Below, piece after piece: positions 28,115 through 38,281 of a DNA stretch of 64,000 bases; within the stretch, counting starts at the first letter, position 1, and each line of letters begins with the position of its first letter. Made by a program: the position numbers and the translations under genes. The notes beneath the pieces are model-generated. The model did no database searches. It was given only the letters and a program-made list of their open reading frames with translations, and was not told the DNA's origin. This stretch comes from Flavobacteriales bacterium (lineage in GTDB: Bacteria; Bacteroidota; Bacteroidia; Flavobacteriales; Schleiferiaceae), in contig CP051243.1 of NCBI GenBank assembly GCA_017795025.1, positions 2,316,897 to 2,380,896 on the forward strand, in the 5' to 3' direction.

Positions 28115-30169
28115 ATGAATCCTAATAATAAAAATCAATTATTTAGATTATCGGCAGTTCTATACGCAGACAACAATTACCTTGTATCAAGCAGAACTAC
28201 TCTTAGAAAAATCATTGAAACTGCACTTTTCGCTATGGAGCGAGATTCCGTGAGCATTCATGATTTGATTGACTTTATATTTAATAATTATAACCTACAA
28301 ATTGCTGAAGTAGAACTTGAAGAAGTTATCCTATCAAAAAAACAGGATTCTTTTTTAGTCAAAACTACTGAAAACGGTTATGTCTTAAGTATTACAGAAA
28401 AACGAAAGATACAAATACAGTCCAAAATTGATGAAAATACCATTGAATATTACATAGACCTTTTCATTAGTGATAATAATATTCAGTTTTCTAGCACCGA
28501 GCTAAAGGAGCTAATATATCGTTTCCTTTATGACATATTATCAAGCAATATTGAGAGTTTTAAAAAGCTCATCGATAAAAATAGCTCCGTTGAAGCCCTG
28601 ATCAATGTAGATTCCCATAACTATTCACTAGAGGAAAGAGAAGCAATAAATAATTTTTTAAAATGGGATAATGAAGGTAAAAATAAATCAGTATTTGACA
28701 TTGCAAGCTTTGCAATCGAATACTGCCTTATTTCTAATCACTCCAAGCAAGGTCTTGAACTTAAAAATTTAAAAAACAAAGTTTTTTACCTTGACACTAA
28801 CGTAATTTTTAGAGCACTTGGTATTAATGGCGAAGAAAGGAAAAAACGTTCTCTAACCTTCCTGAAACGCTTTCAAGAAACCAACACAAAACTCGTTATT
28901 TCAAAGTATACAGACAAAGAATTCGTTGCTACAATTGATTACTACATTAATCGCCTTGGAAACAAACCGTTTAAAAATGATGTGAACCCAAGCCTTTTCA
29001 ATCACCCCTATTTTTCCAAATTAAAAGATATTTATAATTACTATTACCTATGGCGGATAGGTAAACAGAACCATTCGCTGGAGCTTTTCAAAGCCGAAGT
29101 TATAGCTAGATATAAATTGTTTACATCTAGTATGAGAATAGATGTCAATTACAAAGACAGTCTCAAAGAGGATGAAAACGAAATTTCAGAAACCATACTC
29201 GATTACACGTCTTCGATAAATACTCATAAGTCATCTGATTCGAGTTCAGCAAATTATAATGGATTTGAGTTTGACGCTAAGAATGTCTTGCTAATTGAGA
29301 AACTAAGAGACTCTAAAAACCACAGCATTTTTGATACTAAGTATTTTTTCCTTTCAACAGATCAATCTTTAAGGAGGTGGGATTTTCAAAGAGGAAATAA
29401 AACTCCTTTGGTAATTATGCCAAGCGAATGGATGAGTTTACTACTCAGGTACCAAACACGCACAACAGATGATTTTAAAAGCTTTGTTAGTTTTATAAAC
29501 TTACCAATTCCAGAGAAGCAAATAAGTAGTGAAAACATACACAATGTTTTAGCGGGTATTTCAGAGGTAACATCAAGTTATGAGCAACAATCGTATATCG
29601 TTGAGCAATTGGTCTCACAAGGATTTGATAAAATAATGCGCAGAACCAATGATTCTGATGAACTTTTCGACATAACTGTGGAGTCTTCCGAAAGTATATT
29701 GGAAAAGCGACTTAAAGATTTAGAAAAAAAGCAGGAAGATTTAGCTCAAAAAAGTAACCGAAGAATTCAAAAACTCGAAGAGCACAACGAAACTAAGGAA
29801 TCAATTATAGGTCAGAAAGAGAGCGAGATTGAAAGGCTCGAAAAGGAAAATTATGCTCTTCATGAAGAAAGGGAAATCAGGAAGTTCCAGAAGCCAGCAT
29901 TGAGATATTATATTCCATTGGCAATTATACTTTTAGTGGTAATGCTTTTATGCTTTACGTTTCAAACGGCCGATTGGAATTTCATTAAGCATCTAATTGA
30001 TTTCATCGATAAGGAGCCAAGTCAGACCAAACAATGGATTTATCGTATTGGAGTAAGCCTTTTTATTACTGTTATTATCTCTGGTCTCATAAAGTCTTCT
30101 TACGGCAGATTGGCGAAACATAAAGTTGAAGACTACAAAGACAAGATTAGAGCACGGTATGAAAAGTAG
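28115..30169 (+). CDS. PIN-like nuclease with C-terminal coiled coil and two TM helices
   Basis: FYLDTNVIF, a later E (KEFV), D (FDAK) and FLSTD acidic set; heptad-rich segment; hydrophobic helices YYIPLAIILLVVMLLCF and IGVSLFITVIISGLI. Confidence 0.65.
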   Translation: MNPNNKNQLFRLSAVLYADNNYLVSSRTTLRKIIETALFAMERDSVSIHDLIDFIFNNYNLQIAEVELEEVILSKKQDSFLVKTTENGYVLSITEKRKIQIQSKIDENTIEYYIDLFISDNNIQFSSTELKELIYRFLYDILSSNIESFKKLIDKNSSVEALINVDSHNYSLEEREAINNFLKWDNEGKNKSVFDIASFAIEYCLISNHSKQGLELKNLKNKVFYLDTNVIFRALGINGEERKKRSLTFLKRFQETNTKLVISKYTDKEFVATIDYYINRLGNKPFKNDVNPSLFNHPYFSKLKDIYNYYYLWRIGKQNHSLELFKAEVIARYKLFTSSMRIDVNYKDSLKEDENEISETILDYTSSINTHKSSDSSSANYNGFEFDAKNVLLIEKLRDSKNHSIFDTKYFFLSTDQSLRRWDFQRGNKTPLVIMPSEWMSLLLRYQTRTTDDFKSFVSFINLPIPEKQISSENIHNVLAGISEVTSSYEQQSYIVEQLVSQGFDKIMRRTNDSDELFDITVESSESILEKRLKDLEKKQEDLAQKSNRRIQKLEEHNETKESIIGQKESEIERLEKENYALHEEREIRKFQKPALRYYIPLAIILLVVMLLCFTFQTADWNFIKHLIDFIDKEPSQTKQWIYRIGVSLFITVIISGLIKSSYGRLAKHKVEDYKDKIRARYEK

Positions 30170-30472
30170 CCAAATCCTTTCCATCCATGCTCATTGGCAA
30201 GTCGCTCATAGCAGCCTTATAAGCTAAAACTCGTAAAATAGTATTGTTGCCCAACACAACAGAAAAGGAAAAAGCATGGTTTACAAGATTAAGGATAGGC
30301 AAAAGCGGATAATTCTATGTTAAAACGTGTAATCTTAGATTAAAGATTGCGAAAGAACCGAAGTCTTTTCTTCAGCACCAATCGATATGGTTTATATAGA
30401 TTTACTCGAAAGTTTGAAAGAAGCTCAACTCTAAGCATCAATAATGGGCTAAAGGAAGTATTTTTGATCTTA

Positions 30473-31684
30473 ATGATTGAGAAATACTCTAAACTTAAAT
30501 TTCAAGATAGAAAACTTGGATTCACTACGGAGGATGCAAGCTTCACCCATTACTTACATTCTTACGGTACTACGGAGGCAAAGTACTTTGAAAGGAAAGC
30601 AACTCCAATACTTGAGGCATTAACCTCTGAATATCGACAGGTTAAGCTTCCTATTGAATTCGACGTTCCTTTGCCTCCGCCTGAAGAACCGCAGTTCTCA
30701 TTTATTGACTTGTTTGCTGGAATTGGTGGTTTTAGAATAGCTTTCCAAGAGCTAAATGGTAAATGTGTCTTTTCATCAGAATGGGACAAGTTTTCTCAAA
30801 AAACCTATGAAGCAAACTTTGGTGAAGTGCCTTTTGGTGACATCACTAAAATCAATGAAAAGGAAATTCCAGAACATGATATTTTGGTTGCTGGGTTTCC
30901 ATGCCAGCCGTTTTCTATTGCAGGAGTATCAAAGAAAAATAGTTTGGGTCGAGCCCACGGTTTTAAGGACGAAACTCAAGGCACCCTATTTTTTGACATT
31001 AAGCGAATAATCAAAGAGAAACGTCCAAAGGCATTTCTTTTAGAGAATGTAAAAAACCTAGTATCCCATGATAAAGGGAATACTTTTAAGGTAATCCATA
31101 AAACTCTTAAAAAACTACGTTACAATATTCACTTTCAAGTTTTGGATGGAAAGTATTTTGTGCCTCAACATCGTGAAAGGATTGTAATCGTTGGGTTTGA
31201 TATGGAACGATATGGTACAAACGATCGATTTCAATTTCCTGAAATGCCGGATCAAACTTTGGCCATTGAAGAAATTTTAGAACCCAATCCCGATCCAAAG
31301 TATACTTTATCAGACAAACTCTGGAAATACCTTCAAGACTACTCAGCAAAACACAAAGCTAAAGGGAATGGCTTCGGTTTTGGGTTAGTTCAGCTTGATG
31401 GGATAGCAAGAACTTTAAGTGCTCGATATTATAAAGATGGATCAGAGGTCTTGATTCCGCAGGATGGACAGAATCCAAGAAGACTAACTCCTAGAGAGTG
31501 TGCTAGGCTTCAAGGGTTCCCTGACAAATTTGAAATTCCAGTTTCAGATACACAGGCATACAAGCAATTTGGGAATTCCGTAGTTAGCCCTCTAATGAAG
31601 TCGGTTGGATTTAATATTGTTAAAGAATTAGCCAAATTAGATGAGCATATTAGAGAAAGCCATACAATCAGCGCAACAATCTGA
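30473..31684 (+). CDS. dcm: C5-cytosine DNA methyltransferase, Dcm/M.EcoRII-like
   Basis: [41 protein letters not shown] and [11 protein letters not shown] 30473 preferred over the TTG start at 30347. Confidence 0.95.
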   Translation: MIEKYSKLKFQDRKLGFTTEDASFTHYLHSYGTTEAKYFERKATPILEALTSEYRQVKLPIEFDVPLPPPEEPQFSFIDLFAGIGGFRIAFQELNGKCVFSSEWDKFSQKTYEANFGEVPFGDITKINEKEIPEHDILVAGFPCQPFSIAGVSKKNSLGRAHGFKDETQGTLFFDIKRIIKEKRPKAFLLENVKNLVSHDKGNTFKVIHKTLKKLRYNIHFQVLDGKYFVPQHRERIVIVGFDMERYGTNDRFQFPEMPDQTLAIEEILEPNPDPKYTLSDKLWKYLQDYSAKHKAKGNGFGFGLVQLDGIARTLSARYYKDGSEVLIPQDGQNPRRLTPRECARLQGFPDKFEIPVSDTQAYKQFGNSVVSPLMKSVGFNIVKELAKLDEHIRESHTISATI

Positions 31685-32810
31685 AATTTCCTTTAGTAAA
31701 TTTATAAAACCGAACGACACTGGTTCCACTGGTGGTCATCAAGCTGGTTTCCACATACCTAAGAATTCTTGGCCATTGTTTTTTGAATCACCTGGAAAAA
31801 AGGGAGAAAACAAGGACAGGTATGTTACGATTCGCTGGCATGATGATTTTGAAACCAACAGCAGGTTTATCTATTATGGTGTTGGTACTAGAAACGAATA
31901 CCGCCTAACAAGGTTTGGTAGAGGTTTTCCATTTTTAACAGATGATAATGTTGGTGATCTACTTGTCATAGTAAAAAAGTCCTCAGACTTTTTTGAAGGG
32001 TTTGTATTAAGTAGTGACGAGGATATTGAAGACTTTTTTACTTCCTTAAATATCTCATCAACAGAGACAAATGGAATTATACCAAAGCAAACCTCACTGT
32101 CGGCCGAAGCCATACTGCTAAAGTGCTTTATGGCTTATATACAGTCTCTTCGAATTGATTTCCCAACCACGATCGACCTTGCAAATAATGCAAGGGACTG
32201 TTATACCAAAGCCTATGGCATCACTCCAAACGTCGTCAAAAGAAACCCTGACCAAGAGCTTCTAAGTTGGATTGAAGCTGAATATGGGCTTTTTAAGACT
32301 ATTGAAAATGACCGTTATTCCGAGTTAATCCAATCCCCTTTCGAATCAGTTGAAGCACTAGTAAAAACTGCTAACACCATTCTGAATCGAAGAAAAAGTC
32401 GAGCCGGAAAATCCCTTGAACATCACTTAGAAGAAATATTCAAAATTTCACAATTGACTTTTCAAACTCAAATAACCACCGAGAATAACAAAAAACCAGA
32501 TTTCCTTTTTCCGAACATCGAAGCGTATAAGGACCCCAATTTTAATATTGACAAGTTGTTTGTACTGGCATCAAAAACTACCTGCAAGGATAGATGGAGG
32601 CAAATACTAAACGAAGCAGATCGCATCAGAACAAAGCATCTCTTCACCCTTCAGCAGGGAATTTCAAAGAATCAGCTAGATGAAATGAATAAATATGGGG
32701 TCCAACTTGTTGTGCCAAGGATGTATTTATCAAGTTTTCCTGCCGAGCATAGGGAAAACATAATGACTTTGAAACAATTCATAAGTCATGTGAACGCCGT
32801 TCAAGCCTAA
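31641..32810 (+). CDS. Type IIE restriction endonuclease, EcoRII-like
   Basis: N-terminal effector domain ([17 protein letters not shown]) and catalytic domain ([29 protein letters not shown]); overlaps the MTase by 44 bp. Confidence 0.9.
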   Translation: MSILEKAIQSAQQSEISFSKFIKPNDTGSTGGHQAGFHIPKNSWPLFFESPGKKGENKDRYVTIRWHDDFETNSRFIYYGVGTRNEYRLTRFGRGFPFLTDDNVGDLLVIVKKSSDFFEGFVLSSDEDIEDFFTSLNISSTETNGIIPKQTSLSAEAILLKCFMAYIQSLRIDFPTTIDLANNARDCYTKAYGITPNVVKRNPDQELLSWIEAEYGLFKTIENDRYSELIQSPFESVEALVKTANTILNRRKSRAGKSLEHHLEEIFKISQLTFQTQITTENNKKPDFLFPNIEAYKDPNFNIDKLFVLASKTTCKDRWRQILNEADRIRTKHLFTLQQGISKNQLDEMNKYGVQLVVPRMYLSSFPAEHRENIMTLKQFISHVNAVQA

Positions 32811-32885
32811 ATATTAGTCGGGCAGCCTAGTTTTATAAATCCATTCCGTTTCCTACTAGCCTTCCTGCACTACTCTAGCACCCCC

Positions 32886-33887
32886 CTACAACTCAATCTT
32901 CCTCAACTGCCCATTACCATCAATAATATACACCTCCTTCTTCACGACTTCCTTCTCAACTTCTTTGGGGGGTTCGGGTTTTTCGGGACGAGGGTCTAGT
33001 TGCAAAACCAGTTCGTATTCCATTTGCACCACGGGCTCTAAAATGCTGGGATTCTCCACAAAATCATAGCCCTTGGCCATTTTAGGCATGTAAAACTCGC
33101 TGGTGGTTTTAGGCACTTCGCTGACGCCCGCTCCGGCTTTCACATTAAACTTATTGCTTACATAGGCGGTGTAGCTTTGGTATTGCTCAATGGGGTAATG
33201 GAGGGTAAAGCCTTCGGCCATGCGGCGGCGTTGGTTCTTGAAATCTTCGCCAAGCAAGCGTTGGTAGCGTCCTATTTTCGCTTGTAAGAGGGTTTCGGCC
33301 TTGGCCACCATTTGGCGTTTCAGGGCTTCCATGTCTTCAATAAAATAATCCACGCGCACCAGATCGTAGATTTCGTGCTGGGCGCAAAGACTCAAAATTT
33401 CGTTGAGCACCGCCGGATCCGAATAGCGAAAATGGAGGTTCTTCTTTAGTTCAAAACCCTTGGGGATCTCATTATAGGTGTTCTTGCTAAAAAGCTTTCG
33501 CGAAAGTTCCACTTCAAAGATGGGGATGAAGGAAATCATATCCACATACATTTCGGTTTTAATCCCCTGCGCAGCGAGCTTGGCCAAAATGCTATCGGTC
33601 TTGCCTTGTACTAAGGCACTGGTTTCCTCCTGATCTTTTCCTACTTGGGTTAAACTAAAGATGGCCAAGTAACTGCTGGGCTTGCAGTTCATCAATCCCC
33701 GCACCCGAAGGGTATTGGTGCCATGCGCTTCTAAACTGGCCAAATAAGAACTTTGAATGAGCCGCGATTGATTATGGATAAAGCTGTTTTGCACCGAGCG
33801 GTAGTCGTAATTACCCTTAGCCTGGCCAAAAGCCAAGCTGCTTGCCAATCCGAGAACCATTAAAAGAAGAGGTTTAAATACTTTCAT
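32886..33887 (-). CDS. SIMPL-domain secreted protein
   Basis: Signal peptide; YLAIFSLTQVG, GFELKKNLHFRY and IYDLVRVDY are typical of a flavobacterial SIMPL subfamily. Confidence 0.65.
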   Translation of the reverse strand: MKVFKPLLLMVLGLASSLAFGQAKGNYDYRSVQNSFIHNQSRLIQSSYLASLEAHGTNTLRVRGLMNCKPSSYLAIFSLTQVGKDQEETSALVQGKTDSILAKLAAQGIKTEMYVDMISFIPIFEVELSRKLFSKNTYNEIPKGFELKKNLHFRYSDPAVLNEILSLCAQHEIYDLVRVDYFIEDMEALKRQMVAKAETLLQAKIGRYQRLLGEDFKNQRRRMAEGFTLHYPIEQYQSYTAYVSNKFNVKAGAGVSEVPKTTSEFYMPKMAKGYDFVENPSILEPVVQMEYELVLQLDPRPEKPEPPKEVEKEVVKKEVYIIDGNGQLRKIEL

Positions 33888-33940
33888 CTGTTTTCCATTT
33901 AAATTAGAAGCTCAAAAGTGTAGCAAGGGGCCTGCCCTGC

Positions 33941-34004
33941 CTTGTAGATTCCTTGTCTTATACTTGTAAATTGTTTTACAAGACCTTTACAAGGACTATA
34001 GAAG
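33941..34004. promoter_or_regulatory. Symmetric, helically phased operator array between divergent genes
   Basis: CTTGT at 33941, 33952 and 33963; ACAAG/AGAAG at 33978, 33989 and 34000 (11-bp period); centre CTTGTAAA-N4-TTTACAAG. Confidence 0.7.
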
Positions 34005-34028
34005 GTCGTCTAAGTAATTTTGAAACGC

Positions 34029-34901
34029 ATGCCCCAAAATCCAGCCCATTGTCTGGAAGCCCTAAAAGTGGAACTGCAAAAGCAGATTGCCCGGCGCTTG
34101 GCTATCAACAAGGACTTTAGCGATTATAGCGGTCAGGATATTAGCCTTTTTCAGGAGGATTTGCTGGCCGAATGCCAAAGCAGCGTGAGTGAAAAGTGGT
34201 TTTACACCCACCTTAAAAACCAAAATCCCAAGCTGCCGCGCATCGATGTTTTGCATTTGCTTTCGCGCTACTGCAATTATGCTTCTTGGGAGGAATTTTG
34301 TCGGCAGCATGAAAAGGAGCCGCTAAAAGCCAGCCCCAAAAGGACAAAATTTTGGCTGTTACCGATTGTGTTCCTCCTCATGGCCGGACTGAGCTATTTC
34401 CTCTGGCCCCAAAGTCGGAAAGTGAACTTAAAATTTATAGATGCCTATACCCAAAATGAAATTCCTTTAAAGTCCTTGAGCATTCAAAAAATCAATCAGG
34501 AGAAGCGCGGTCTTAGTCTGCCCAGAGCGGAAGCGGAAGCTAATGACAGTTTAGAGATCAAAGGCGCTTATTATAAAACCCAAAAGGTGCAGGTGGCAGA
34601 GGTAGATACCCTACGTATCGCTCTCTACCCCGACGACTATGCCTTAATGCTCAATTACTTTAGTCGCAGTGATGTACAAGATTTGAAGAAACGACAAGAA
34701 CAATTGCTAGAAGCCATTCATCCCGAAGCGAAAATCTTCCAAAGTCACCCCGACTTTCAAGGCATTGAGCTACTTAACCGAGAGGAGTTTATCGAGCGAT
34801 TACTTTTACCGATAGACCCCTTACGAAATTTAGAGATTCAAGACATTGTATACCGCGAAGGCAGTATTTACCGCTTGCGCTTCGTACAAAAAAACGATTA
34901 A
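34029..34901 (+). CDS. Membrane-anchored protein with a cytoplasmic N-terminal helical (putative DNA-binding) domain
   Basis: N-terminal SVSEKWFYTHLK...IDVLHLLSRYCNYASWEEF, one TM (FWLLPIVFLLMAGLSYFLW), then an external domain; TAATTTTG -7 element at 34015-34022. Confidence 0.55.
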   Translation: MPQNPAHCLEALKVELQKQIARRLAINKDFSDYSGQDISLFQEDLLAECQSSVSEKWFYTHLKNQNPKLPRIDVLHLLSRYCNYASWEEFCRQHEKEPLKASPKRTKFWLLPIVFLLMAGLSYFLWPQSRKVNLKFIDAYTQNEIPLKSLSIQKINQEKRGLSLPRAEAEANDSLEIKGAYYKTQKVQVAEVDTLRIALYPDDYALMLNYFSRSDVQDLKKRQEQLLEAIHPEAKIFQSHPDFQGIELLNREEFIERLLLPIDPLRNLEIQDIVYREGSIYRLRFVQKND

Positions 34902-34902
34902 A

Positions 34903-35430
34903 ATGAAGAGCCTAAAATTAGGGATAAGCCTAGTGCTACTCACCTGCCTTAGCGCCTATGCGCAGTCCTCCTACGAAAGTTTAGAAAAACGCTTCGTAAG
35001 GCAGGACTTAAGCAAGGAGGATAGTTTAGCCTTTACCAAGCAAGGTATCCAAAAGGCCAAATCCCTTTTCTTGCGGGGCAATAAACTCTACTTGTCCAAC
35101 CAACATCGGCCAGCCAACCAAGCCTATATTCAAAGTACTTTGCCGAGCTTGTTTCAACCGGACCAGGCCGATTCCTTGCAGGTGGATTCCCTTTTCGAGC
35201 TCTTACCACAGTTTCAACTCGCCCCCGGCTCCAGCGATGTGGAGTTTAAGGTTGTAGAAAGCTCCGATTACCTCTGCCATCTGGTTTCCACCAATTTGAG
35301 CCCAAGCTTGGAGCTGGATGTGGTATTGGTTTTAATCGAAAAATCCTTTGGTGCGCAAAGCGAAAAGGTATGGCAGGTGTTCTTGGCCAATCCGCTTTGG
35401 GAGGAAAAATCGAAGAGGAAAAAAGGTTAA
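34903..35430 (+). CDS. Secreted hypothetical protein
   Basis: ATG 34903 gives the signal peptide MKSLKLGISLVLLTCLSAYA; starts 1 bp after the previous stop. Confidence 0.65.
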   Translation: MKSLKLGISLVLLTCLSAYAQSSYESLEKRFVRQDLSKEDSLAFTKQGIQKAKSLFLRGNKLYLSNQHRPANQAYIQSTLPSLFQPDQADSLQVDSLFELLPQFQLAPGSSDVEFKVVESSDYLCHLVSTNLSPSLELDVVLVLIEKSFGAQSEKVWQVFLANPLWEEKSKRKKG

Positions 35431-35699
35431 TGCTGTGGTCAATAGTAGGAGGTCTTCTTCAGATAAGAACCAAGCAGGCGCCCTAGTTCGGCTTCTTGCT
35501 CCAAAGAACGTCCCCCAAGAGAGCTGGCTTCGTGAGAAGCGCCTAGCCACGAGAAACCATCTGATTCCCTTACCTTTACTATTCGATTTCAGCTCCTATG
35601 GGCATATGCCTTAAGGCCAAATCATTTTAGAAACCATGAAGGTGAAGCCCTAAAAAGCCGTAACCCTCAATCCTGAACCATTAATTTGACTGCACCGAT

Positions 35700-36842
35700 A
35701 TGACCACTTTAAAAAGAGCTCTGCTCGCTTCCACCCTCTTACTAAGTCAAGCGTTTTTTGGGCAAGTTCACGACCATGCCCTTTTTGGTGAGCACAATCG
35801 AAGAGTATCCTTCAACCCTGCTGAAGTTTACCATATCCGCTTGGATAAAAATGGAGACTTTTACCCCAATAGCTACATTTTAGATTCCCAAATCGTCGCG
35901 AGCTCAGGAGCAAGTCTCCGATCTTGGGCAGAGATCCATAAAGACGAATTTGCCTCGATTTTAAAGACTTATAAGGTAAAGGAGTCGGGTTCCTTTCAAG
36001 AGAACTTTAATACGCTTCAGGATAGCATTATTGCCACCATCAGTAGGGAGATCAACAAAAACGCACAAGGTTTAAGTCAGACCTGGCTCATACACGGATA
36101 CCGCAAGCGGCTTTATCATTACGAAAGCAGGAACACCGATGCTACTTCCCTACATGATAATCAGGAGGTTGAAAAAGTGATCAAACAGTATTGTACTGTA
36201 AACCAAATTACCAAACCCTACTTCGTGCATGTATACTGGGATGGTCGATATCGATTCCTTAATATATATACCGCTTTAAGTTTGCCTGGACTATTCACAA
36301 AAGCAATCCCCAATGCTCAAAATTGCGGTTACAGCTTAAGAAAGATTTTCAATAGACTTGATAATTCAAATGTCAAAATAATCACCCATAGCACGGGGAC
36401 CTATGTAGGGGCAAATTTGTTGTTTGACCAAGATGGAAAAAGAGTGTATCAAGAACCTGCACCTCGCCAAAAAATAAGCTGGGCTTTAGTGGCTTCGGCT
36501 TCCCCAGGAAAAAAGCTATTTAAACGGTACAGCCAAAGAGGTGGCCGGCAATTAACACCTGAATCAATTGATAATTACACCATTATTAATGTATATAACA
36601 AGGGAGATAATGTACTTATAATCAATAGCATTTGGCCCTTCTCCCCCTCTAGTAGCTTGGGTTGTAACCGATGGCGGTCATCATTTAAATTGAATGAATT
36701 TTTCTCTGAAAATTACCCTTCGAGTAAATACCTAGACCAAGCGGTGTTTCATCAAGATGGGCAGGTGCCTCATTTTTTTAATAACTACGCCAATAGCCCC
36801 GGCTTTCAGGTTGTGCTAGATGTCCTTTTCAAGGACAGTTAA
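35700..36842 (+). CDS. Secreted alpha/beta-hydrolase-like protein
   Basis: Signal peptide, LIHGY oxyanion-hole-like motif, IITHSTG nucleophile elbow, NKGD and a late His (VPH). Confidence 0.55.
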   Translation: MTTLKRALLASTLLLSQAFFGQVHDHALFGEHNRRVSFNPAEVYHIRLDKNGDFYPNSYILDSQIVASSGASLRSWAEIHKDEFASILKTYKVKESGSFQENFNTLQDSIIATISREINKNAQGLSQTWLIHGYRKRLYHYESRNTDATSLHDNQEVEKVIKQYCTVNQITKPYFVHVYWDGRYRFLNIYTALSLPGLFTKAIPNAQNCGYSLRKIFNRLDNSNVKIITHSTGTYVGANLLFDQDGKRVYQEPAPRQKISWALVASASPGKKLFKRYSQRGGRQLTPESIDNYTIINVYNKGDNVLIINSIWPFSPSSSLGCNRWRSSFKLNEFFSENYPSSKYLDQAVFHQDGQVPHFFNNYANSPGFQVVLDVLFKDS

Positions 36843-36877
36843 AAGGGACTTTGCCTTCTTTTAATAGATGACTTCAA

Positions 36878-38149
36878 CTAAAAGCTCCAACCAAAACGAA
36901 GCTGTCCCCAAATCATATCCCTAAAGTCGCCTCGACTCTCATCAACGTAGACTAAATCGGCCGAACGAAAATAGCCCCCATATCCCAATTCAAAATAGTT
37001 GATGCGAAAAATAACGCCAAGAAAGGCCTCACAAGTAAATGGATTTAACATGACCTGATTTTGGTCCTTTGCAGCATCTTTCGATTGCCAATAATGCAAG
37101 GCCCCGGGTCGGTCCCAAAAGTGACTGGTAGAATTTCCGGTTATAAGGCCATTATCAAGCCAGGCATTAAAGTTTAGGTCATAATGTAGATAGAGTTCAA
37201 ATCTTTTGGGTATCCAGTTTACGCTTGGTAAATAGGGCGGACTAGCTTTTTCAGTCTTGGAAAGGGTATCCAATTTTTCATGATGCTCTTTTAGGATTCC
37301 CTCGATATCTTCCTGGAGCCCTAATTTACGCCGCCACCGCTCTATATACTCAATATCAGCAATTCCTTTGTTGATAGGCCCATTCACATCGTCTTGGAAA
37401 TACCATTTCCTATTAAACCACCCTAATCTACCTTCAACCCCTACCGCTCCTCTGGTGTAATATCCAAGGGAAGTTGTGAGTTTAAAGGTCAATTGAAAGT
37501 AATCCTTTGCAACTAAGTTTTTAAGCCAATCTGCCTGATATAGAAAACTAAGTCCAAAACCGTCGGCAATTTGATTATCCCATCCCATTGGCACTGGCCT
37601 TCTTCCTGGAGGGTAGCTGGGCGTGCCATTACTATCTCTTTGGGCCATCAGGTAATGGATGGAAGACTGAACCGCATTGCCAATCCCGAAGCCTAAAAGA
37701 CCGACTCCAAATCGGGTTCGAAGTGCTAGGGTAGAATCCTTTGCACTCCGATACGTCCGAGAAGATTGTAAAACCAAAGGCCCCGAATAAGGACGATCAT
37801 CAGCAACCACCTTCGCTAAACTCAATGAATCTGGAGTAAAAGCCGCATATCCAAAATGAAACCCGGAAACCTTTAGGCTTTTTTCCCCCATAAAAGAGGG
37901 CCAGATTAGCTGGTCCAAATGACCTAAAACAATTGGCAAAACAAATGTTTTACGTCCTGTTGCCGGACCATACCAATTTAAAGTAGCACCCATGGTATAG
38001 TTACGATCCGAGCTTCCCGGCCAAAAATAATCTTGATCGGTAACAAAGTTGAAGCCTGTAATCCTCCTTGGCCCTAGATTCCCTTTTTGCGAATAAAGGG
38101 GCGAAATAAATAGCAAACAAAACAGCAGAAGGCAGGCATTTTTAAACAT
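36878..38149 (-). CDS. Lipid A deacylase LpxR (DUF2219)-like outer-membrane protein
   Basis: DQDYF...DRNYTMG, FTPD, DRPYSG and GWDNQI motifs; terminal aromatic strand RFGWSF. Confidence 0.7.
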   Translation of the reverse strand: MFKNACLLLFCLLFISPLYSQKGNLGPRRITGFNFVTDQDYFWPGSSDRNYTMGATLNWYGPATGRKTFVLPIVLGHLDQLIWPSFMGEKSLKVSGFHFGYAAFTPDSLSLAKVVADDRPYSGPLVLQSSRTYRSAKDSTLALRTRFGVGLLGFGIGNAVQSSIHYLMAQRDSNGTPSYPPGRRPVPMGWDNQIADGFGLSFLYQADWLKNLVAKDYFQLTFKLTTSLGYYTRGAVGVEGRLGWFNRKWYFQDDVNGPINKGIADIEYIERWRRKLGLQEDIEGILKEHHEKLDTLSKTEKASPPYLPSVNWIPKRFELYLHYDLNFNAWLDNGLITGNSTSHFWDRPGALHYWQSKDAAKDQNQVMLNPFTCEAFLGVIFRINYFELGYGGYFRSADLVYVDESRGDFRDMIWGQLRFGWSF

Positions 38150-38281
38150 GTAAAGAAGCTTTATTATTCTGCAAGATAAACCTATTTATTACACCGATTT
38201 AAGGCCTCCATATCATTATTCCCGCCTTAACTCCAGAAAATAATCCGTTTCCCCTACCTTTATCCTCCGATTTTCCCTCTC

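Noticed and set aside
30170-30346. TGTTGCCCAACA after the PIN gene as a third attC-like site
   Set aside because: It lies ~75 bp from the stop, has no matching left end before the gene, and has no inner arms or terminal GTT.
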